Of a stretch of DNA of 64,000 nt, positions 26,007-36,518 are shown one piece after another (position 1 is the stretch's first letter; each line of letters starts with the position of its first letter). The notes beneath the pieces are model-generated. The model was not told the DNA's origin and did no database searches. It worked only from the letters and a program-made list of their open reading frames with translations. Origin of the DNA: Iphione sp. A-MEVVRFRX5 (lineage: Eukaryota). The translations under genes and the position numbers were made by a program. Location of the stretch: NCBI GenBank assembly GCA_976226885.1, contig OZ320313.1, positions 94,736,001 to 94,800,000 on the forward strand, in the 5' to 3' direction.

Positions 26007-26053
26007 GACCGGGAGAGCCAGGTAGGTCGCGCCTCTACTCGTCCGCCATCTTT
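26007..26053 (-). promoter_or_regulatory. 5' leader of element A: YY1-like AAGATGGCGG plus the upstream inverted-repeat arm
   Basis: First 21 nt match element C at 20 positions; AAGATGGCG resembles the YY1 consensus used in the L1 internal promoter. Confidence 0.55.
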
Positions 26054-26243
26054 CAAGATCCAAGAGAACCAGATACTGGGTCTATGTGAGTCGATCATAA
26101 AGATACAACGGGAGGATATTGAAGCGTGCTACTGAGTGGGTAAGGAATTACCAGGGAAACACCGACATGTATTCCTCAGATTGCGCACTATGTACCATGT
26201 AACATCGATCCTCCAGGCAAAACAGGTACTAAAAGGCAAAGAC

Positions 26244-26619
26244 CAGTGGCGTAGGAAGCGGGGGGGCCAGGGGGGCCATGGCCCTCCCACTTAAGAAAGT
26301 GGAGGGGCCATCATGTGGTTTGGGCCCCCCCCCCCACTTTTTGTGTGTGCGTGTATGTATAATATTTTTATAATATAATATTATAAAAAATATTATACAG
26401 ATTATAGCAAGCACAAAAAAAATTATAAAAGAAAAGAAAAAAGATCAAATATTTACAATTTAAAACTCTTCAGATTGCAGTTTTAGTAATCAAACATCCA
26501 AAATTTTCTGGGGACCTTGAGATGCCCCCAGACCCCCTGCCACATAAGCTGTACCTTGGCCCTTTGGGCCTCAACTCAAACTTGGCCACCCCACTTTAAT
26601 TTTACTTCCTACACCTCTG
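26244..26619. mobile_element. hAT-like MITE with 5-bp TSD
   Basis: TIRs CAGTGGCGTAGGAAG / CAGAGGTGTAGGAAG (13/15); AAGAC directly repeated at 26239-26243 and 26620-26624. Confidence 0.8.
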
Positions 26620-27483
26620 AAGACGTGTGGATAAATAGGGAAATGACGAACTGGAAAGACAGGGATATGACGAACTGGAAAGACAACAGGCAACCCAACG
26701 TGTAAGGGAGAGGAAAAGTCGACAGAGATCACAAGAGGATTCATAAGCCAGACGAACATGAGACGTGACAGGAAACTGACAAACCAGTGATTGCGACATA
26801 GATCAGACGTATCATAAGGAGGAATCGGACTCGGAAATGGACCAAGGTGCGGATGCTGACCCAAAGCCATAGCCTACGGGTGCGAATGAGAAGAAAAAAA
26901 CACAGTAACTATGTTCAGAGTCAAGCCACCCTGGAGTGCAGGTGAACAGGGTAAATCAAGTTGATGAACAGGCTACAGGGACAGGGACCTCCGTGAGGAT
27001 AACATCGCTACCATCTAGCCCTACTACTGTTTCATGGAGAACATGAATGAGGAAGGAGTCGACGAAATGATGATGTTGGAAAACAGCTCAGGAATGGCCT
27101 TTAATTGTGCGACATCGTGCGACATTGTGTTTATTTTAAGTGAGCACATTGCTGGTTACATATAGAGTTTTCTTGCTGAGTTACTTCGTTTTTACACTTC
27201 CAACTTATATACAGGTTTTTGTTGAATACGGAGCTTAGACACTTTATCAGGGTTGACACTTGGAGGCTCTTTGGCCGTGTACTACCAGATATGGAGAAAT
27301 TTTATGCCTATTTGCAGTGTCCTAATTTCATCGCTCTAATTACACCCTTATTGACACCTTCTTATATATATGTCTGAACGTTGTTGAGCCAAGCCTGGTC
27401 TTGGCTCCATTAATTCTTTTTGATCGATGGTCTCCTAACATAATGCTGAGGCTTCTGCAGTCCATTTCCTATACTGTCAGATC

Positions 27484-30400
27484 TCATTTACATCTGCAGC
27501 TCTGGATGTTACTAGCATGCATTAGCCTTTTGAACTCCTTTACTGACAATGACCCTTTGTTTAGGAATTTTACCGAGTTCCAGCTTTTTACCCCTTGGTA
27601 CCAGAAGGATTTTACGAGTAGACTCTGCCTGGGTCTCGATTGACCTAGTTGACCTATGCTGCTTCTCCTCGTTGCCTTCCTTTCCCCTTGGACCCAGTCT
27701 TTGTGTCCATACAATAGCCTATGAATATGCACAGTGTTAGTTGCTCGTGGCCTCGCTCCTCTACTGTCTGGAGGCCTGCCTTTCTCCTCAGGTTTGTATT
27801 TGAGGTATGACATTTCCTAGAGCCTGTTAGGACCAGTCTCAACGCCCTATTCAACTCTACTTGGATTGTATCTACAGCCCACCCACTGGCATGTACATAT
27901 AGCCACAACCCATAGTCTACAATTGGTTGAACGAAGGATTTGAAGACTTTTACCCTGTCTGCAAAAGGCAACATTCTGCTTACTCTTGATAGTACATATA
28001 CCATATAGCACGTTTTTACTTCATTTTAGATCAAGCCATTAGCTTTCGTCCAGTTTACAACATCTCGTATACCTCTTTGCAGCTTCAGTCTGAGAGCCAT
28101 TACATTCGATGGTTCACAGTGTATAGTAATGTCATCAGCATACAAAACCGTTTTTGTCATGTAACTACATGAAACCGCGTGTCACATTATATACCGTATG
28201 CTGGTGTGTAGGGTTACACACCCATGCAACTCACCGTCTGCCTGGCTGTTACCTATTCTGCACTGTTGGTTCTGATATGTGTCAATGATCATGTAAGTCA
28301 TCATTAGGATGACCCCTGAAACAAAAAACCATCCAGTCTATTTTATTTTATGTTGATGTGCATGAGTACACACCCATACCCATCATCTGATAGGATGTTA
28401 CTAGTACTACACCATTGTTTTGTAAATAATGTATGTACATCACTTGTACAGTCCTGGTTCCTATCCAGCTGGTTTTGTCCCGAGATACTCTGTGATAGCC
28501 CATCAAATATATTCTTTCTCACTATATGTGCCTTGTACCCCTGTACCTGTGATATCTTGTCTTGTATGTAGAGAGCTTACTCTCATAACTCTCGCTCAAG
28601 CCCCTGAACTGGCTCACGCTGAATATATCTGTGATGTCCATACTTAAAATCAGAGTCTGTGATAATGCATGTTCTCATCCTGTGCCCACGAAATGCACTT
28701 TGATTGAATTGTATTATAACCAGAAGCTGTGCCAATCAATCATGAACAATCACAATGGCACTGTGGATCCTCTTAGTTTATTCCTGTAGCTTCGATGTTC
28801 CTTAGTCCTTTACTAGCCGATTTGTTCTAATGAGTCATATCTTCACTTCGTCTATTGAATTTACTTACTCTCCCAATTATGTAGCACTGTTCTTTGTAAA
28901 CTGCACGTACCTTCATTTACTTATGTAGCACTGTTATTTTGTAAATGCGCACATGTTTCCGAGGGTAGCTCCATACAGCATTGTTGGAGAAGGAAATAAA
29001 GAATCTTACAATCTTACAATCTTATTACCTGTGCTGAGGCAATGGGATTGATAAGCATGGAAAACATTAAAGGCCCCATTAGGCTTCCTTGGGGCACTCC
29101 CTGTCGTAGTTGGAGCTGCATAGAGCTTACCCCATTACAATTTACATACTGCTTTCTACCCTTGAGGTATTCTTTTATCCATCGCAAACACTTATTTCCT
29201 GCACCAGATTTCTCAAAACTACTTATGATGACAGAGTGATTCACAATATCGAACGCCTTGGATAGATCGAAAAAGACTGATGCTGTGTATCTGCCTTTGT
29301 CATTTGCTTCATAGATAGATAGTGTTGATACGGCAGTACCTGTGCCTCTCCCTGACCTGAAGCTATGTTGTGAATCTGTAAAAAAAAGTCGGTCCTCTCT
29401 AAGTGCCACACTATTTGACTATGCACTACCTTCCCAACGACTTTGCTTATTATTGGTAGTATGGCGATTGGGCGATAGTTTCCCTTATATGTTTTGGGGC
29501 CCTTTTTGTGGATAGGGGCTACCCTGGCTAGTTTCCATTTGTCTGGGAACTGTCCATACACAATCATATTTTTTACAATATCTGTCAGCAGCGCAAGCGA
29601 GATTAGTAGCGTATCTTTAACAACACGTGTTGGGATGTCTTTCAGGCCACTAGGCTTTCTGACTTCAAGAGCTTGGACTATTTCTCGTACTCTACTGGGT
29701 GATACCTCTTCAATATCCCAGGCGGCAGCACATTGTGTGACCTCTACATCCACCTTCCCCGATAGTCGTTCTGCCTGCTCAAAAGTGTAGATTTAAGACT
29801 TCTGCAGTTTGTTCCCCTTCAATTTCTCTTGTGCCATCAATTAGTTTTATATTAGCATTTCGCGGAGAGCCCCTGCCGAGAAATTTGTTTAGTGTCTGCC
29901 AGTATTCTTTCTGGGTCCTGCATCCGGCTAGTTGCCCCCTTATAAACTCCCTCTTTGTCTTTGCTACCAGTCTGGTTACAAGGGATTTATAGAATTTTGA
30001 TATTCTTAGGTCATCCTCGTTTCCATGTTCCCTAAACTTTTTCAAAAAATAGTCCCGATTTTTTTTGGCCTCCCTTATTTCCCCAGTTACCCATTCCCCA
30101 CCTTGTTTTTTCTTTTTTTTGACCTTTTGGCATAGTTGATCTGCAGCTCGTTGCATCCCTGATTCAAGGATATCCCACTTTTCTTCAGCTGTATCATTCT
30201 TCCTCCTGTTCAATTCCCCTAATGTGTCTTGTAATTTTTCTTCAAGAGCCCATCTATTGTACTTGCCCCATGCCCTGGCTGTATATTCCTCTTTATATTT
30301 GCCTTCCCTGATTTTTTTGTTAACTATATACACAGGGCAGTGATCACTCACATGCAGATTTAAAGCCCCTACCTCATGCAGATCCCTCATATTGGAGAAG

Positions 30401-30956
30401 ATAAGGCCTATGGTTGAGCTACTAGTATTATGTATGATCGTCGGCATGGTTACATGTTGACTTAGCCTGAAGCGATCCATGCATAACAAGTGTTTTCCTA
30501 CCACTACATTTTGCCCAGTCTGTGTTAAGATCACCTCCCAAGATTCCGTCTGGACCCTTGTCCCGTTCTACCCTTCTCAGAGTTTTCTCGAGATACGCAG
30601 TACAGTCTGACATCTTACTACCCAGTGGTACATACAGAGATCCTACATATAGTGGTCTGCGTTTGTGACCTGTGATTTTTACCCACTGACTTTCAACACT
30701 TGCAGTTATTGTGTTCAGGCTATTCACCTCCTCATCATGTGTATTGTTTGATACATACATTAACAGTCCTTCCCCTCTTTTCTTGTCAACTCCAGTCCTA
30801 TCCTGTCTTACTATATGATACCCGTCAATATGTAACATGCTATCAGGTATTGAGGGCTTGAGCCAAAGGTTTTTCCTTATCGAGCAACATGCGTACCTCT
30901 GTTAGTTTTGGGAGGAGACTTCTTATGTTCCAGAAAATCAACACTCGTCCCTTCAT
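27484..30956 (-). pseudogene. ORF2 (APE-RT) of element B, frameshifted and interrupted
   Basis: MKGRVLIFWNIRSLL at 30956, RGEGLLMY, GGDLN, SDH, NYRPIAILP, FDLSKAFD, GVPQGSLMGP, YADD near 28140, C-terminal YQGVKSWN. Confidence 0.88.
28171..29031 (+). mobile_element. 3'UTR-only copy of an A/C/D-family LINE inserted into the RT of element B
   Basis: 3' end TATGTAGCACTGTTATTTT..TTTCCGAGGGTAGCTCCATACA..TGTTGGAGAAGGAAATAAA closely matches 50132-50210; tail of AATCTTAC repeats; B's RT reading resumes on both sides. Confidence 0.8.
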
Positions 30957-31124
30957 GATTGACACCAAGATCACACTTTAATTTTTATGTTTATTGAAAC
31001 AATGACGAGTAGTTCTTAATTTCCCTAGTTCAATAAGCGTCTGGACATATCTTTACATCGAGCAAAAATACAGTATCCTATTTGCATACCAGATACAGTC
31101 CTCAAGGTGTTTATTACTAATCGA

Positions 31125-31807
31125 TTACGCTAGAAATGAACTTTCAAGAAATTCGATTATTTCACTTTCCCAGTTGGCAGTAATATGGTCCACCACATTT
31201 ACGTTATCAACCAGTAAGTCACTCCTAAAGATGTTGTGACCCAAGACATCTTCCTCTTGGATTGGCCATACTGTGTTCAGTGTGGCGAAACCATTTAGTG
31301 CGTTAATATCACAATACATCATGTTCAGCATATTTACTTGAGAGCACAGTTCATTCTGACAGGTAAGACGCATTGGTACCAATTGGACGGCATAGATGGG
31401 TAGGAAGATTACAAACATATCGTCAGGTCGATGTAACACACGATTTATTTCCATCAGTTGGTCGACATGTTCGTAGCCATCTCTGTCCTATCATGATATC
31501 TTAGTGTTGCATGATCACCTCCCGATTGCAGTAAGGAGTGAAGACCTGCGTGGATTAATGTCACATCGTACTCATTATCATCAAAGTCATCCACTCTTTC
31601 TACAATTTTCTCGAGCCCAGCATTTGTCATTATCACTGATTGCCATTCACATGTCGAATATAGCCGTGTGTAGACACCATGACCAAGCTGGAGGCCCTTC
31701 TCATCAGCAACATACCGTATGCTTCTAGACGAGTCACCTATTTGCCAGAGAAATATTGAAAATGAGCTAACAAGTGATTGGATTATCAGTTCACCATTAG
31801 TTGACAT
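31125..31807 (-). pseudogene. SGNH-like ORF of element B (one frameshift near 31460)
   Basis: QIGDSSRS (GDS motif), VTLIHAGLHS, VIFLPIY, LLVDNVN in place of DGxH; same position as in A. Confidence 0.6.
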
Positions 31808-31915
31808 TCGAGTGGTATTATATTACACGATTTGAAGTACAGTCGTTGCTCGTTTGCACATTTATAGCTTACCTGGCGGATTTTAGGCTCAGAAGTTTTG
31901 AGGAAATTTAGAAAT

Positions 31916-33388
31916 TTAATGATTGCTGTTACTTGCTTGATTTACCTCATCAAGGTAAATTTTCCTAATCTCAATAAGCGCTTTGCTATTCTGATTTTGA
32001 CCCGCATAGTTACCGTTCATTGTTGCAACGTCGTACAGTCAGCTACTGCTCCCCAGATATCGATCACCAGAGCAGTCTACCACTGTCTCTTCACCTGTTT
32101 TTGCTAGCGCCTCCCTCAGGTCTGAGTGACCATCGAATTTAGCTTTGTGAATATCATACAGCGTTTGTAATTCCTTTCTAGCCCATTCATTGGTCGGTTC
32201 AACCTTGCTACCCAGTTGCCTGGCCCTATAGGGACAATTCTTGTTCTCAATTTGACCTGCTAACTCGTCATTGTTACAACATTGTGCCTTTTCACTCTGA
32301 AATGCATGTTCTGCCGATTTGTACACTTTACCATTGTATTTCACCCCAGTTGGGTAGAGACTAGACAATGGGCAATGAATACCTCTTACTGCTATTACAT
32401 TGGCATTTTCATTTGTATTCGCTCCTTCTAGAGTAAGTTCGTAAGGTAGCTTGTCGAGATCACCTGAGCCATAACTAATCCCCTCTATTACGAGCGTTAG
32501 TCCACGCACTTCCGCCCTTAGTCCACGCCTTCTTGCCTCACTGGCTATTGAGTGTAAATCTTGGTAAAGAGCCCTGCCTTCTTCTGGGATATCTTCCGGA
32601 ATAAATATGTAGGAATATTCATCAAAGTTTTTCAAATTGAACCTTTTTAGGTACACACTGTTTCGTGAGCTTACAAAGTTAAATGTCACTCGCAATGTTC
32701 TTTCGTAGCCCTCTCTGAATTTCCCTAGGCGCTCCACACCATAAATGTCTTTCTCGTTTACACCACAGTCTAAGGCATAAATAACATCAGCGACTAGTGC
32801 CCATTCATCAACTTCTTCTCTGTCTAGAATACCTTGAAATAACAGGTTCCACCTCCTGTTGTAGACCTCTTCAAGGAGCGTGTCCTGTTTATCCTCCGCC
32901 TCGTTTTCTGTTTCCTCCACGTTCGTGTGCTTGCCTTCCAGTTTGGTCACCCTCTCTTCCAACCTTGCTAGCCGCTCATTTGTCTCACGGAGGAGCCGAA
33001 TAAGATGTATATTGTCTCTTACTAGTTTCAATCATACTCCCCTGCTCTGCCGAACTCTCCTCATTCTTTTTTCTGATAAGTTGTAGTTCCTTTAGTATTT
33101 GCTCCTCGTTCTGCAGTATGGACCCAAGCTCTCCTGAGCTACCGCTCCCCTCGTCCAGTGGGCCATTGTTCTCATTGGGCCCTCCTGCGGGCCGGGCACC
33201 TCGGGCTGCGACGAAAATAGAGTACCTTGCTCGTCGTTAGCGTTGGTCAGTTCAAACACATCGTTTTCGGATGATGGGCCGCCCAGAACCGCGTAGTTTT
33301 TGCTTCCACGAGTTGATCTGAGGTTAACTAGTTTTGGCGGGACACTTCCTGTACTTCCTTTTGTCTTTTTTGACTTTGTTCGCACCAT
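31916..33388 (-). pseudogene. ORF1 of element B with a canonical-looking NADAR domain
   Basis: MVRTKS start; LARLEERVTKLEG coiled coil; RRWNLLFQGI..ERLGK..IFIPEDIP; SAEHAFQSEKA, ARQLG, KAKF, LAKTG, DRYLG; reading through the TGA at 32039-32041 gives GQNQNSKALIEIR; disruptions near 33030-33200. Confidence 0.85.
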
Positions 33389-36300
33389 TTTTTGAATAAT
33401 GCTCAGGAGCGCCCGTTAGACACGTCCGTACACGTCATAGGTATATAGGTCATGTTTTTGATATAAAAAATCCGTATATAAGAACAGGATTCAGTATAAA
33501 CAGTATGCATGCATACATGACAATCGTAGTTAAATTGACGTCGCCACCGCGAGGACCCGACAGCAGTTGTCCACACCAGTGGCATGGTCACCCGTCTGGG
33601 GATTTGATAGAACAGGGATGAATACATCGCATAGTTTTTCCTATGCCACAAATGTGACCTGGAATCAGGCCGTTGTTGATACTGCTTATTTAGGAGTCAT
33701 GCAAGTTGTGGTAGATAAGAACAGTGAACAAAATGTACCAACTCCCTGGAAGCTCAATGTGGTACATAAAAGAACCACGATGTGTGGCGGTCAAGATATG
33801 ACAAGTTCATAGATAGGTGTAATCTTCATGGAAAGTATTGTAATATGTACAATGGAAAACTCTAGAAGTTCATACAAAAGCTGGTGATCTCCTGCTGGCC
33901 AAAAGAGGTATAATCTGTGAGAGACTTATTTTTTTTTATTTCAGGAAATATCTAACAAATGTGGGCCTCAGCCTAAGCTGGTGTTCAACCCAACATAAGC
34001 ATATTTTACCATTTTCAAATATTATAAATGATGTGCATTACCATGGGAAATACCATACTGAATGTTTATAAACATATATAAAACCAATTGAACTTCTTTA
34101 TAACATATTTCGGTACTAATTACAATTGATTGTACATTCCCATACAATATAATATATACATACTTGAGGATTGCTCATGTAATCCTTGTAACATTATATA
34201 TTTATATAGGTAAGATAAATAATAATCGTGTTAAATAGTAAAAAATTGGGTCAACATGGATTGTTAATAAATAGCTATCATTTGTATTTATACATAATAA
34301 TGTTGTATAATTACAATCTTCAGGCCCTATTGAATTGAATTCAACCATTGTCAGGTGGTCTCATATCAATCCATTCACGCTTTACAGTATTTTTGAAATG
34401 TAACAATGAATCATAGTCTCTAGAATATAATTTACAACTACATGTATTCCAAATTTTAATTGCTCAAGCATAGCTCGTTTTTAATAATGGACCTTTTACT
34501 ACTTGTGGTACCTCATATGTCTCATACATATTTGCTCTTAGATCATATCAATGTTTCTTCAAATGAAAAAATGTTTGTTAAAAAATTGGTAATATATTCA
34601 ATGAAGCTCTACATGAAAAAATAAGCTGGTGATACATTATTCTATCTTTTATAGACATTAGACTATTATCTCTCGAAATTTGTTCAGTATTTGTACGCAT
34701 ATCCAGTTCTATCGATGTGAACATGATAACTCTCTGCTGTATTCATGTGAACTATTATCATCTCGTTTATAATGTTCATCTTGTTCATTCAATTTTTCAT
34801 TTGTTGCACTATATCCCCATCTGGTCAGATGCGTTGCTCTGTATATGCCAAACTGTGTGAAGGTGTTGTCAAGATGGAAACAGAAGATAGTATAATGAGT
34901 TGTCTCGAGATGTAACTGTCAGAATAGAGCTATTGTAATAAACTATGGATTCATAATCTGATGTTTTGATATGTGGCAACATCTTCCCTCTGTGATGCGA
35001 CCATGAACACTAAGGTTTTGAGCATAAAACCTTCCATTGAAAATGGGTTGTTATAGTGACATGCTCTTATGATGACACTCTCTGACATCATAGTGGTGGG
35101 TTGCTAAGAGATGATCAACAATCATCATAAATAGCATTAGTGGGCCAATTTGAATATTATTTTATCCCAAATTACACAGTTTCGAATATATCTCTTCAGG
35201 CATCACTTCTGTAATTTTTTCACGGTGTCAATAGAATCTATATTGACTTTTAATGCTGTTGGTCTGTGATTACTCCACATAGGCCTAAAGCAGACACACA
35301 TCTCATGATGGATCTAATTTGGTTTAATTGCAATACAATCAAACCAATTGAAATGTTGCATGTCATTACCCCAATTCATATGGCAACATATCATTTTATA
35401 TGCTGAGATAATAAAAAAAATTGACAATCTGATGTTTGACTGTCTGTAGATGAATGCACAGAGTATGTGTCTGAAACTTCCTGAGATAAGTGATATTATC
35501 AATAGAGAAAAACCAAGCTTAATAATCATCACAGAGACGTGGTTGAGTGAATCCGTCCCTACTTCTCTACTGTCTATCTAGTTGGGGTAACAGGGGGCGG
35601 AATAATGATATATTTCAAAGAAAATATGAGAGTGGAAGAAATAACAATAGAAACGGACCAAGAGGCATTAAGGGATATTGATATGTTACATTTGAAGATA
35701 ATATTGGAGAATAATCGATCAATTCATCTGATAGCATTGTATCTCCCGCCTGCCGTAGATCACAAACAGTTAATGAGGAAACTAGAACTAGCAATAGAGA
35801 CAATAAGAAAACATGACACTGTACTGATCTTAGGTGACTTTAACATTTACATGGCAGATGAGAACTATTGTGTGCAGGACCTGCTAAACTTTCAAGGAAG
35901 GTATGGTCTCATAGAAACGGTGAAGGATATAACAAGAGAATCATCAAGTTCGATAATTTACTTTGTGTTAACAACTCGACCAGAAAAAGTTGATACCTCG
36001 ATCATTAAAAACAACGTTTAGTGATCACTACACAGTAAAAGTAAATGTAAATCTAAGACTTGATCTCAAGGGGGGCAGACCAAAAACCATGGTTAGGATG
36101 AAGGCGTTCCAATACACAAGTATTGAATCGAAATGGGAGCACCGGTATTTTAAAGAAGTTGTGAAAAAAGTGATAGACAAAATATGCCCATTTGTTATAG
36201 CGAGGACTCAGATGCAGATTCACCCTTGGTTTAATATTGAATGTAAGGAGGGTATTAAAGACAGAAACAGATTGTATGCAAAAGCCCATACTACAAAAAC

Positions 36301-36518
36301 TGAGGCAGATATGAAAAATGCGACTAATTTTGCAAAACACTTGAAATTTAGAATAAGAGAAAAGAAAAAGACCTAGATAATGAAAAGAATTGATATTTAT
36401 AAAAAGCAAAAAAGATGGCAGACGAGTAGAGGTATGGACCCTAGCTCTCCCGGTTTAAGGTCACAACAATAATCCCTGGGAGCCCAATTCCCCCAGATTT
36501 AACCTGATATGACTCAAC

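Larger units (their letters stand above)
18210..26053 (-). mobile_element. Near full-length three-ORF CR1/L2-group LINE (element A): ORF1-NADAR, SGNH-like ORF, about 1.5-kb spacer, APE-RT
   Basis: 5' leader AAGATGGCGGACGAGTAGAGG; three collinear ORFs with one frameshift each in ORF1 and ORF2; AATAAA then (ATTCTTG)n tail at 18210-18234. Confidence 0.9.
26620..33427 (-). mobile_element. Degenerate three-ORF CR1/L2-group LINE (element B), a second lineage
   Basis: 5' leader GGACGTGTCTAACGGGCGCTCC, then ORF1-NADAR, SGNH-like ORF, 170-bp spacer, APE-RT; RT interrupted by the 28171-29031 insertion; 3' boundary uncertain. Confidence 0.85.

Noticed and set aside
26054-26080. TCTTGGATCTTG on the minus strand just before element A's leader, as a possible tail of element B (head-to-tail junction)
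   Set aside because: Only two degenerate units and no AATAAA; too weak to fix B's 3' end.
24252-33031. NADAR ORFs as bacterial or phage contamination or as host genes
   Set aside because: They are in-frame C-terminal parts of LINE ORF1 proteins, collinear with APE-RT, and in C bounded by a TSD inside a spliceosomal intron.
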